Virus record (IMG/VR): IMGVR_UViG_3300038428_000448
Coordinates: 557-64,556 of that record
DNA length: 64,000 bases
Source: a virus
Lineage: Duplodnaviria; Caudoviricetes
Direction: 5' to 3' (one strand)
Shown: piece after piece, positions 27,912 through 37,274 of the stretch
Numbering within the stretch: position 1 is the first letter of the stretch
Layout: every line of letters begins with the position of its first letter
Notes under the pieces: model-generated
Databases searched by the model: none
Told to the model about the DNA's origin: nothing
Seen by the model: the letters and a program-made list of their open reading frames with translations, nothing else
Position numbers and translations under genes: made by a program

Positions 27912-28541
27912 TTATCCGATTTCAGTCAAGATGTCCCTAATAATGGTTTCAATTCTTTCCCATTTTTGATTGATGGGATTTTGAACCATGTTTTTTACAC
28001 CTTCCTGAAGATTGCCTGATGGAAACATGAAGGCGCCCCTTGTGCTTGGATTGGATACAAAGTCGAAAGCAATGAGTTCAAAATCATCTTGAACCACATC
28101 TGCTTCTTCGTTCATACTCTTATTGACTGTTCCCAATCCACGACTAGAAATACCCAATCGAATATTAGCTTTGAACAATTCTCTTAAAATATTTCCATTT
28201 GGGGTGGGTAAAACTTCCACCGTTCCTATAAGGTCGTCGCCTTCCCAATGCATTTCCACAACATTATGGGAAACGTTTTGAAGATTGACCACGGAAGATT
28301 CCGGGTGGTCCAATTCACCCAAAGCTCGTCTTTCTTTTATGAAATTTTCCTCATATTTTTTAGATTCACGAAAGAGAGTGTCCTTGGGATACATTCTACC
28401 GTTTTGGTTCTTTATACCAGCACGCTGTAAAATACCCTTGACAACCAATCTTCTTCCATCAGAACGAATGGCTTCCTCAAAGAGATTGTCTTTGACAAAC
28501 TCGAAAGTTATACAATCTACCAATAATTGTTTAGTGTTCAT
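27912..28541 (-). CDS. gp21: Prohead core protease (T4 gp21-like)
   Basis: KNQNGRMYP, ALGELDHP, VSH, TPNGNIL, GISSRGLG, DFVSNPS. Confidence 0.95.
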   Translation of the reverse strand: MNTKQLLVDCITFEFVKDNLFEEAIRSDGRRLVVKGILQRAGIKNQNGRMYPKDTLFRESKKYEENFIKERRALGELDHPESSVVNLQNVSHNVVEMHWEGDDLIGTVEVLPTPNGNILRELFKANIRLGISSRGLGTVNKSMNEEADVVQDDFELIAFDFVSNPSTRGAFMFPSGNLQEGVKNMVQNPINQKWERIETIIRDILTEIG

Positions 28542-28545
28542 AATT

Positions 28546-29658
28546 TTAAACGTTCCATCCTACTTCTTTGATATATTCCAAAAGATAATATCTACCATTT
28601 TTAACTATATCAATGGAACCCTTTGAATGTTTTCCATAAAGTGTTTGTTGTCTCATGGAATCAATCGCAGCCAATCGGACATCTCTACCATCCACATTAC
28701 TTATCATGTGGCTTTCAGGAATTGACAACTGACAATGAATTGTAGTAGAATTTTTCCCTTCTGACAACATGGTTGACAAATCTTTCATATAAGGGAAGAA
28801 ATTAACCTTGTTATTTTCATTCTTTACATTATCGGACATAAATTCTACAAGGAACTTATTCAAGTCGTTTTGAACCTGTTCAGCCACAGGCAAACCCTTC
28901 TTTTTCTTTTTTCGCGGGTCTTCGGGTTCCGGTTCTGCTGGAGCAGGTTCCGCTGGTGCCGGAGCTTGCTTTGGAACTTGCTGTGGAGCCATTGGTGCCG
29001 GTTCCTGAGTATTGACTTGCGGAACAGCCTTGGGTGGTTGTTCTTCCGGTGTTGGCGGCGCACCACCCGGTGGAGCAACATTCGGTGATTCTTCCTTGCC
29101 GCCTGCTGTTGGTGGTTGACCTTCCGGTTCAACTTCGCCAGCGGCTGGTTTCTCTTCACTGCCCGGAGCCGGTTCAGAACCTTCACTTTCAATCTTGATA
29201 TTGATACCCGGAGTCAAAAAATATTTTTTGTCATTTTGGTCGGTGGCTATGACCACATAATCCTTATACCAAAATTCCACGCTGATTTTCTTGACGTTTT
29301 CTATGGTGTAATCGGTCTTTGGTTGTCCATAGCCCCGCGATGAATTTGCCACAATGGTTTTATTGAGCAACCTCTTGTTCATTTTGTCCAAGAGAATTTT
29401 CTTAGCTTCTGCTTCAGCCTTGTTTTTTTTATCCTCAAACGCCCTAAAGTCGCGGGTAAAATCATATTCCGATGGATCTTCAGGTTCAGGTGAAGTTTCA
29501 GGTGCAGGAGTTTCAGGTGCTGGTGTTTCCGGTAATCCAGCACTCATGCCTTGTGGGGGCGCAACCGGAGCAGGCACGGGAGCCGCCGGGCTCATTGCTG
29601 GCGGCTGTGGAGCCTGTTCAGTTAAATTCAACAAGTTTCTCAATTTTAATCTTTTCAT
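28546..29658 (-). CDS. Pro-rich two-domain head-associated protein with leader MKRLKLRNLLNLTE
   Basis: 370 aa, PETPA repeats, located between portal and protease genes. Confidence 0.7.
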   Translation of the reverse strand: MKRLKLRNLLNLTEQAPQPPAMSPAAPVPAPVAPPQGMSAGLPETPAPETPAPETSPEPEDPSEYDFTRDFRAFEDKKNKAEAEAKKILLDKMNKRLLNKTIVANSSRGYGQPKTDYTIENVKKISVEFWYKDYVVIATDQNDKKYFLTPGINIKIESEGSEPAPGSEEKPAAGEVEPEGQPPTAGGKEESPNVAPPGGAPPTPEEQPPKAVPQVNTQEPAPMAPQQVPKQAPAPAEPAPAEPEPEDPRKKKKKGLPVAEQVQNDLNKFLVEFMSDNVKNENNKVNFFPYMKDLSTMLSEGKNSTTIHCQLSIPESHMISNVDGRDVRLAAIDSMRQQTLYGKHSKGSIDIVKNGRYYLLEYIKEVGWNV

Positions 29659-29659
29659 A

Positions 29660-31885
29660 TTACTTTAGTATGTTCTCTTCCTCAGATATGGATTTTGCTA
29701 CTTTAAACCCCAATTTCTTTGTTACATCCAATGCTCTTTTGCTACCATCTTTATTCTTTGTAAAGGCAAACGGCGTAGCATATCCTGCTACGGCACCTGT
29801 TCCTGTCATTTCTTGAATATTCGTATCTTCTTGAAAATTTCTAACAAACATATTGGTTGGTACAAATCGTTCTTTGCTTTCATCCCATACTTCAAAAGGT
29901 CTGTTTACACCATGAAATCTTACAAATTTTCTAACCCAATCTGGTCCTAAATAGACTTCAAACACAATATCATCAGGACCATTTTTATATGCTATTTGAA
30001 TATTTTCCACGTTAGCTTTAAAAAACTTATAAGATGCATTCTTTACCCTTTTAATTATCTGATAATCAAGGCCTCTTTTATTTGCTTCATCCAATGTATA
30101 ATCAAAATATGATTTCAAATATTTCATAAGTTCGGGCATTGTACCAACGCTTCTATCAGAAATCACTTTAATAAGGTCAGCTCTAGCCCTTTTTATATCA
30201 TCGTCTTTAATGGAAGGATTCTTTATTTTAATCATGCCCAATAAACGGTCTATGTTAGCCTCCGTTACAGGCAAATTTTTCCATCTACTTTTTAAACTAG
30301 TGCGAAATAAATTTCCAAGTGCATTGTAAATCATGGAAGCAAGAGTAGCGGTCATAAATATTCCTGTTTCTATGGTATTTCTTATATTAACTTCTTCCAA
30401 TTTTTTTGAGTTCAAATATTGTTGTAAATCCTCTATGGTTGTTATTTTATTCGCATCTAATGCACTGAGCACTTCTTGTTTAAAATAATAGAGTTCTTCA
30501 TCTTTCAGTTCCGGATGACGCATTTTTACGGCTTTAAATATAGAATCGATGACCGCCACCGTTAATTTTTTTCTTCTCCATTGTTTGTCAGTAGCTAAAT
30601 TATCAATTAAACTTCGCAAGATTTTGTAAACCGCAAGACCTCCTGCCGCAGAAACTAAGGCTGCACCAAAACCAGCAATTTCACCGATATTTCGTCCACG
30701 ACGCTTTGTGGAGCGCAAATCTTTCAATGTTACTGGTTTTCCTTTTCTTCCCTTATCATCACATTTCTTACACACCCTTGCCAATGGTTTACCTCTAGCA
30801 TCCAATTTAACATATGAAGGCAATCCGCTTCCACAAGGACATGGTTGCCTATGAACATGTGTGTCTTTATCATACATTGGTACTGATTCAGAAAGACCGG
30901 AAATACTCTTTAATTGAAGGGCACTTTCCATATCATCCACATATCTTCCATCAGGACCAATTTTTTCTCTTACTTTCTTTTTTTTAAAAGCAAATGGAGA
31001 AGAATACGCTCCGGCTGCACCTGAACTTGTTTGTTCATCTTGCTCATCCGGTTCAATCGGCTCATCTACATCGGCCTGAGTGTAATGTTTTAGAATTTCA
31101 GGTCGATAATGTGATAGTTTCTCTTTTCTACATCTATCACATACTCTTACCAAAGGAATACCTTGTCCATCCAATGCCCATTCACTTGGCAATCCACTAC
31201 CACAATCACATTTCCTATCCTCTTCTTTAAGGGCTTTATCCTTTAAAAATGGAAATGGAAGTTGTAATCTGCTTGCCGGAAATGATGCCACATGACCGTC
31301 TTCAAATTTCACGGACAACCAGCCTTTCGGTAGTGGTTTATAGGCTCCGGGCTCATTGGGAATTAACCCACCGGCAGTTTGTTTAAATTCAGTTGGAACT
31401 ATGACACCAATTTTTCCACTATCCACACCTGAACCATCGGCAACTTGAACTGTATCTCCTTCTTTTTTGGAAGCTTCTTCAACATTGACCGCTTTCATTA
31501 CTGCTTCTCGTCCATCATCAAATTCGTGGTCATTTTTAACACCACCAACAGGCTGGCCTTCACCCATTACACCTTTTAAAAATGTCCTAACATCTAATTG
31601 ATCCCTATTAATACGACCATTTGGTGCCACATTAGCCCATCTATTACCACCTGCTACTTCTATACCATAAGGTAACTCCAAAACTATATTAACCCGGTTA
31701 TTACCGGCATCTGTGTATTTTACAGGTTTAAATTTTCTCTGCATCAAAGCCGATACAACCTGTCTTTGGTTTGGTGTTAAGCGAGTGGTAGCCGCAGCCG
31801 CATCAACATTGTCACCGGCCATTTCTTTCAAAATTGCCTCTTTAACAATATTTCTGACAAATGACTTAAGCTGCGTCCTTTTCAT
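29660..31885 (-). CDS. Modular head-associated protein, putative protease-processed polyprotein
   Basis: 741 aa; leader, KOW/SH3-like module, two CxCGSG..CxxC modules, two GAxxxYxxPFAF motifs, two similar helical modules. Confidence 0.75.
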   Translation of the reverse strand: MKRTQLKSFVRNIVKEAILKEMAGDNVDAAAATTRLTPNQRQVVSALMQRKFKPVKYTDAGNNRVNIVLELPYGIEVAGGNRWANVAPNGRINRDQLDVRTFLKGVMGEGQPVGGVKNDHEFDDGREAVMKAVNVEEASKKEGDTVQVADGSGVDSGKIGVIVPTEFKQTAGGLIPNEPGAYKPLPKGWLSVKFEDGHVASFPASRLQLPFPFLKDKALKEEDRKCDCGSGLPSEWALDGQGIPLVRVCDRCRKEKLSHYRPEILKHYTQADVDEPIEPDEQDEQTSSGAAGAYSSPFAFKKKKVREKIGPDGRYVDDMESALQLKSISGLSESVPMYDKDTHVHRQPCPCGSGLPSYVKLDARGKPLARVCKKCDDKGRKGKPVTLKDLRSTKRRGRNIGEIAGFGAALVSAAGGLAVYKILRSLIDNLATDKQWRRKKLTVAVIDSIFKAVKMRHPELKDEELYYFKQEVLSALDANKITTIEDLQQYLNSKKLEEVNIRNTIETGIFMTATLASMIYNALGNLFRTSLKSRWKNLPVTEANIDRLLGMIKIKNPSIKDDDIKRARADLIKVISDRSVGTMPELMKYLKSYFDYTLDEANKRGLDYQIIKRVKNASYKFFKANVENIQIAYKNGPDDIVFEVYLGPDWVRKFVRFHGVNRPFEVWDESKERFVPTNMFVRNFQEDTNIQEMTGTGAVAGYATPFAFTKNKDGSKRALDVTKKLGFKVAKSISEEENILK

Positions 31886-32771
31886 CTTTTTTTACTTCCG
31901 CCTGTTTTTTAATTTCCTTTAATAATTCATAAGACAATAAAACAACCATTATTTGATTGTCTTTGACTATTTTATTTGGAACAGGTTTTACTTTATCCAA
32001 TTGACGAACAACTTCATTGATTTTAATTTTTATTACCTCATTGTCTCCAATTTTAGATGATAATTCACTCAATTGTTTCTTTACATTATTGACTTCTTTT
32101 ATAACATATTCGCCTAATGAATTGGTATTGGAAATATTATTGATGTATTCACGAAGAACGTTCTTTTGATTTTCATCCAAATCCTTATATTTTTTATTCA
32201 TACCTTCAACCAAGATACGATAAGACAAAAGACGAATATCCTCGTTCTGCTGCGCATAAAACTTGAGAATATCTTCCTCTTCACCCAGCCTCTTTGGTCT
32301 ATCAACAATATTTTCAATAATACATGTTTTTGCTTGATAAACTTCCTTTGCATCAAACTTTAAGTCTTTGGAAGATGCATCCTCGAAGAGTTTGAATATA
32401 GAGGCCAAATTCCTATAATTTTTGATACTTGCTTTTAAAAAATCATCAATAGGATAAAGATTCTTAATTTCTTTAATTAATTCGTATTTTTCTCTTGCTA
32501 ATTTGGAATTACTAAGCTTTTTACGTTGTTCTATGATTACAGACAAAAATCGGTCTGCATGTTGTTCGTCTTTTATCTTTTCAGATAGGAGAAAATTATA
32601 AAGACGCCATTCCCTTCCTAACTCAGTGTTTTCTTTAAAGTATTTGAAAAGCAAATCTTTAGCTTCTGACCCATCTTTGCCGGCAATAATGTCTGCGGTT
32701 ACTTGTCGTGTCAACAATTCAAACAAAATACCTGTATTTTTAAACTTCGAATGGCGCATTTTCTTTGGCAT
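31866..32771 (-). CDS. Helical head-cluster protein downstream of portal
   Basis: 301 aa, HSKFKNTGILFELL N-terminus, own late-type motif. Confidence 0.75.
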   Translation of the reverse strand: MPKKMRHSKFKNTGILFELLTRQVTADIIAGKDGSEAKDLLFKYFKENTELGREWRLYNFLLSEKIKDEQHADRFLSVIIEQRKKLSNSKLAREKYELIKEIKNLYPIDDFLKASIKNYRNLASIFKLFEDASSKDLKFDAKEVYQAKTCIIENIVDRPKRLGEEEDILKFYAQQNEDIRLLSYRILVEGMNKKYKDLDENQKNVLREYINNISNTNSLGEYVIKEVNNVKKQLSELSSKIGDNEVIKIKINEVVRQLDKVKPVPNKIVKDNQIMVVLLSYELLKEIKKQAEVKKDEKDAA

Positions 32772-32794
32772 ATATTCAACTCTTCCACTTAATT

Positions 32795-32802
32795 TATAAA
32801 TA
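32795..32802 (-). promoter_or_regulatory. Late-type motif TATTTATA
   Basis: Intergenic upstream of 32771. Confidence 0.65.
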
Positions 32803-32833
32803 TGAGATTAATACGTGAAAATGTATTATTTCC

Positions 32834-34918
32834 TTATTCACCAATTATGTTGCTCTCGTCGAGAATCGATTTACTTCCTGTCGTTCTAGATTCTTTGATC
32901 AACTCCTTTTTTTCCGTTTTTGATTTCAAATAAGAACTGAGACTTTGAAGCAAGTTACCCCTTTCAAGAGTCTCAAGACTCAATGGAGAACCTTTGGCCC
33001 ATTTTGGAGTCAAAGAGTCACTACCCTTTCTATGTTTTTCATTATTTTCCAAATTACCCAATGGGTCCTCTCCAAAAGGATGTTGTCTTCGAGCATCATG
33101 TTCACCTTCTTGTGATGGTCGTTCATAATCCTCAGCATGTTCACCGTGTTCCTCTTCTAAACTTCCGGTATTTTCATTAACCATTTGCTTCCATTTAGCA
33201 TGATTGGCATCTCCTTGAATTTTTGCTTCCTGCAATGGTGGTAATCCCCCACCACCAACCGGGCCGCCAGCGCCCAATTCAGGCAATGCTCCACCCGGAC
33301 CACCCAAATCAGGTAATCCACCACCCGGACCACCACCGCCCAATTCAGGCAATTCGCCACCCGGCGGTGCACCGCCCTCAGCGTTTGGATTAATCTTTTG
33401 AAATGGTTTTGCAGGGTCATTACCCTCTTCTTCAATGGATTTGAATCTCCACATTTGTTTGGAATCTTCAACAATTTCATCAAGAAGTTGGTCGGAATCG
33501 TCTGCGGATAAGTTAAACACATTCTTATAAATCCATTTCTTGGAGAAAAGTTTATTTTCCATCATGTTTCTAGCCAGCTCGGTTTTGTTGCCCCAAACTT
33601 CAATTTTTTCCTTTTCAAAAATGGTGGAAGGATTGGTAAGTTCCAACTTGAAATTAACCAAACTTTCATCACGATAGCCTTGGGAATACAGATGAACAAT
33701 GGCAATTTTTTCAAGTTCAGATATAATAACCCTCTGAATACGCTGAATAGTTCTAGCAAATCTGACATCTTCCGATGCTAAGGTAGCCTTGCCTGAAAGT
33801 TCTTCTTCATAACCCAAGAAAGCTTTTGGAATCTTCAACGCAGCCATCAATTTATTGCGAAGATATTCAATATCATCAATACCTGTCCATTCAATACCAC
33901 TCAAGGTTTCGATGGATGTTCCGCTATCACTACCACGAACAGGCAAAACATAATCTTCTGTCATGTTTTGAAGATTAAATCTAAGGTTATAATCTCCGGT
34001 TTGTGGGTCAACATACGGAATTCTCTTTAATTTGGTAATTTGCTTTTCTATGAATGAATCAATATCTTGTGGGGGAATATTTCCAACATCCAATTTGAAA
34101 ATACGTCTTTCCGGTGCGCGCATGATACGATTGATTAACATAGCGTCTTCCATCAAGGACAACTGTTTCCAAACACGTCTTGCACCTTCAATCATGGCCT
34201 TACCGTAAGGTAAAAAGTTGGAATCCGAAAGTAATCTAAAGTGAGCACATTCAAAGAATTCCAAAGTTTCAACTTGTGATGTGTCGGTTGGTCGGATTTG
34301 GAATTTTACGTAATTCTTGTTAAGCGGGTCTGTATTTTCAAGTCGTTCGACATTGTATGCAGAAATAGGTTCAATTTGATAAACGCCATATTCAGGTGAT
34401 ACATAAAGGCGCATGTAAAAGTCACCATATTTAGCCATGTTTCTTGTCCAAGACCAAAGATTATGTTCAATGTTTAAAACATCATAAAAAAGGTTGGTAA
34501 GAATACCTTTAATATTATCATCGTCCGCATGGACAACCAAAACCTTTCCCAATTCATTCACCGTCAAGGATTCGTCTGCGTAAATATCCAAAGCAGATGC
34601 AATAATCGGATCCATATCCATTGTGTCATAGTCTCTAAAAAGGTCTATACGAGCCGCTTGGTACGCTAATGAAAAATCTCTAGTGTAAGCATTATATGAC
34701 GTGGAACGAACGCGATTGAAACGGTCACGCAAACTGTTTCTATCCGTCGCGTACATTAAATCGCTGGTATCTTTTACTTTAAGTTTCTTACCACCAACGT
34801 TACGAACTACTACGCCCGAAGAAAACAATTTCTTCAAACGCGCAAACAACGATTTTTGCTTAATATCTATTTCATCGTTATCTACTCTTACTTCTGGTCT
34901 TATAGGTGAATCAGGCAT
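32834..34918 (-). CDS. gp20: Portal protein (T4 gp20-like) with Gly/Pro-rich C-terminal extension
   Basis: QLSLMEDAMLINRIMRAPERRIFKLDVGN, EDYVLPVRG, DDIEYLRNKL.AALKIPK. Confidence 0.95.
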   Translation of the reverse strand: MPDSPIRPEVRVDNDEIDIKQKSLFARLKKLFSSGVVVRNVGGKKLKVKDTSDLMYATDRNSLRDRFNRVRSTSYNAYTRDFSLAYQAARIDLFRDYDTMDMDPIIASALDIYADESLTVNELGKVLVVHADDDNIKGILTNLFYDVLNIEHNLWSWTRNMAKYGDFYMRLYVSPEYGVYQIEPISAYNVERLENTDPLNKNYVKFQIRPTDTSQVETLEFFECAHFRLLSDSNFLPYGKAMIEGARRVWKQLSLMEDAMLINRIMRAPERRIFKLDVGNIPPQDIDSFIEKQITKLKRIPYVDPQTGDYNLRFNLQNMTEDYVLPVRGSDSGTSIETLSGIEWTGIDDIEYLRNKLMAALKIPKAFLGYEEELSGKATLASEDVRFARTIQRIQRVIISELEKIAIVHLYSQGYRDESLVNFKLELTNPSTIFEKEKIEVWGNKTELARNMMENKLFSKKWIYKNVFNLSADDSDQLLDEIVEDSKQMWRFKSIEEEGNDPAKPFQKINPNAEGGAPPGGELPELGGGGPGGGLPDLGGPGGALPELGAGGPVGGGGLPPLQEAKIQGDANHAKWKQMVNENTGSLEEEHGEHAEDYERPSQEGEHDARRQHPFGEDPLGNLENNEKHRKGSDSLTPKWAKGSPLSLETLERGNLLQSLSSYLKSKTEKKELIKESRTTGSKSILDESNIIGE

Positions 34919-34962
34919 ATATTATCCTTTCAATTTTACTGTGTGTATGTGTTTCGGGTAAG

Positions 34963-34970
34963 TATAAATA
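34963..34970 (-). promoter_or_regulatory. Late-type motif TATTTATA
   Basis: Intergenic upstream of portal. Confidence 0.65.
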
Positions 34971-34978
34971 TGTGTAAT

Positions 34979-36592
34979 TTATCGTAACAACCACGTCAAA
35001 CTTTCCACATCGCCCGGTTTACTGCCGAATTTCATTTGCCATTGGTCACGACCTGTGGTTTGAGTCCTTCTAGTGGGATAAATTGGAGTATTATTTTCAC
35101 TTTTGCCCACATGTATTCGGTCCAGCATGGTTTTTGTTAAAACCATTTTTTCGCTGCGAAGTCTTAATGCTGTGTCCCTTACCCACAAGCCGATACCCAA
35201 GGCGATAACCAAATCATCGTTATAATTTTGGGCTGCTTGCGCTTTTCCGTTTTCCCAAATAAATGTTTTCAATTCGTTAATCAATCGGATGGAATGAACA
35301 ATGACCAATTTTTCCCTGAAATACTCCTCTATTTTTGAAATTAACAACGGTCTTGTTTTAATGGTAGTGGAAAATCCCGGTAATAACTTGGCTTCATCGC
35401 GGTTATATCGGTTTGATACATTATGATACACATCAGCAATTTTTGGGTCATTAGTGTTTGAATAGAAAGTATTTTTATATTGACGGTCAATAATTTGTTG
35501 AAGAACGGCCCAACCAATATTTTCACGTTCCACCACCAACAACGCATCGTTGTATTCTGTCGCCAAATTTACCAACATATCACCATATTCCCTTGTACCC
35601 AATTGGTCTTGAAATTCTGCAACCTGCTCCAATGTCTCTATATCAAACACATGTGCTGCAGAAAGGTCTGAACCATCACCTCGGGCCACGTCTGCGCATA
35701 CAATATAATCTTGACCTTGTTTTGGATATTCAAATATCCATAAAGCTTCTCCCCGCCTTTGCTCTTTTCTATCCATGACCATTTTTGGATTCTCTTCATA
35801 CCATTTTAGAGTCATCAAATCCACCACGTTCGTTCCTGATGATAAGAAGTCACAATCACATTCCTGACTAGCACCCTTGGCTCCCAATTGTTTTGTTTGT
35901 TCTTCACGCCAACGTTGGTCACGTTCAGGGTGTAAATGCCAAGGCAACTTGATGAGTTTAAAATCATTTTTTTTCTTTTCAGCATTTACCCACATTTTAT
36001 GAAACCAATTACCAACACCGTTTGGAGTTGATAGAATAATAGCCTTACCCCCGGTGGAGAGAGTTAAAAAGGCAGAAGTCCATATTGTTTCTGCTTCCTC
36101 TATAAAAGCAGCTTCATCAACAATCAACAAACTCAAAGCTTTGGAACGGCCTGCATCTTTTGCGGATGACGTTGCGGAGATTTGGGAGCCGTTTTTAAAT
36201 CTCAAAGACATGTGATTGTTGGTCGTTTCTTTTTCCTTCAACCATGATGGCAGGTGTTCATTAGCAAAGCGGACTTTTGTAATGATTTCTTTTGAAACTT
36301 CCTGCTTGATGGAAATAATTAATACATTCTTATCACTATTGAATAAGGACAACCAAAGGGAATAGGCTGCAACCAAAGTAGTTATACCCAATTGTCTTGA
36401 TTTGAGTATGAGGGTAAATCTATTTTGAAAATCTTTCAGCGTGTCTTCCTGAAATGGATACAAATCGAACGGTATTGTACCTTTGTTTGGGTGTTGAATT
36501 TTGACATATTTTCGCATAAAATACACGGGGTCTTCCATGCATTTTTTCGTTTCTTCTCTTATTACATCCCGTAGAGTAGGTTGATTTGGCAT
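34979..36592 (-). CDS. gp17: Terminase large subunit (T4 gp17-like)
   Basis: LYPFQ, KSRQLGITT (Walker A), LLIVDEAAF (Walker B), STPNG, ADVARG, DDLVIA. Confidence 0.96.
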   Translation of the reverse strand: MPNQPTLRDVIREETKKCMEDPVYFMRKYVKIQHPNKGTIPFDLYPFQEDTLKDFQNRFTLILKSRQLGITTLVAAYSLWLSLFNSDKNVLIISIKQEVSKEIITKVRFANEHLPSWLKEKETTNNHMSLRFKNGSQISATSSAKDAGRSKALSLLIVDEAAFIEEAETIWTSAFLTLSTGGKAIILSTPNGVGNWFHKMWVNAEKKKNDFKLIKLPWHLHPERDQRWREEQTKQLGAKGASQECDCDFLSSGTNVVDLMTLKWYEENPKMVMDRKEQRRGEALWIFEYPKQGQDYIVCADVARGDGSDLSAAHVFDIETLEQVAEFQDQLGTREYGDMLVNLATEYNDALLVVERENIGWAVLQQIIDRQYKNTFYSNTNDPKIADVYHNVSNRYNRDEAKLLPGFSTTIKTRPLLISKIEEYFREKLVIVHSIRLINELKTFIWENGKAQAAQNYNDDLVIALGIGLWVRDTALRLRSEKMVLTKTMLDRIHVGKSENNTPIYPTRRTQTTGRDQWQMKFGSKPGDVESLTWLLR

Positions 36593-36593
36593 A

Positions 36594-37211
36594 TTATTTC
36601 TTCAATTCGGATTCAAGAGTAGCTATTTCTTTTTCCATTTTTTCTATTTCTTTGTTAACTTTTATAAAATCACTTTCTGCATCCTTTAACCATTGGGAAT
36701 TACATTTACCCGTCCAAGTCATCATTTCACCATTAGACATGACCTCACCCACCTTACCTGAATCATTTTTAAGATAATTGATTGATTCTATAACCTTTTC
36801 CTTAAATTCTTTCAAGGCGCCAAGTTTATTTTTCATCACCTTCATTGTTTCATAATTTTCCCACTGCTCTCCGTTAATCCGATACTGCATTTCTTCAGCT
36901 TCGAGACAATCATAACACTTACCTGTTTTTGGAAACACTTTTTGGTCTAATTTATTCCCATACGCTCTAACATTTGTACCACACACAGAACACTTTGAAG
37001 CTTCATTAATTTTGTCAAGTATGGGAGTGTCAATTGCGTTTATTTGAACTTTATAGCCATTTTTCTTTTGCCATTTTCTTCCTTGGGAATCCTTCCATAT
37101 TTCACCTTCTTTTTTTTTGGAAAGGTCGGCTTCATAGCCAATTTGAACAAATGGATGTTCTCCATCAAGAACTTGTTGTATTGTAGTATAATTCCATTTT
37201 CTTCTAGCCAT
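36594..37211 (-). CDS. Hypothetical protein with CxxC pairs upstream of terminase
   Basis: CSVC...CYDC; 1 nt from the terminase start. Confidence 0.7.
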   Translation of the reverse strand: MARRKWNYTTIQQVLDGEHPFVQIGYEADLSKKKEGEIWKDSQGRKWQKKNGYKVQINAIDTPILDKINEASKCSVCGTNVRAYGNKLDQKVFPKTGKCYDCLEAEEMQYRINGEQWENYETMKVMKNKLGALKEFKEKVIESINYLKNDSGKVGEVMSNGEMMTWTGKCNSQWLKDAESDFIKVNKEIEKMEKEIATLESELKK

Positions 37212-37260
37212 AATATATCCTTTTTGTATTATATAGTTTACAAAAATTCTTCATAATATT

Positions 37261-37268
37261 TATAAATA
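37261..37268 (-). promoter_or_regulatory. Late-type motif TATTTATA
   Basis: Intergenic upstream of the terminase operon. Confidence 0.65.
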
Positions 37269-37274
37269 AGTGAA

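Noticed and set aside
30760-30850. CPCGSG as a true SecA SEC-C motif
   Set aside because: Lacks the close KKYKxCC/H ending; the second Cys pair is about 20 aa away, so it is treated as a different zinc module.
32834-36592. Introns or inteins in portal and terminase
   Set aside because: ORFs are continuous, with expected motif spacing and no splicing signatures.
36594-37211. Small terminase assignment
   Set aside because: Only position supports it; no recognisable gp16-like motif.
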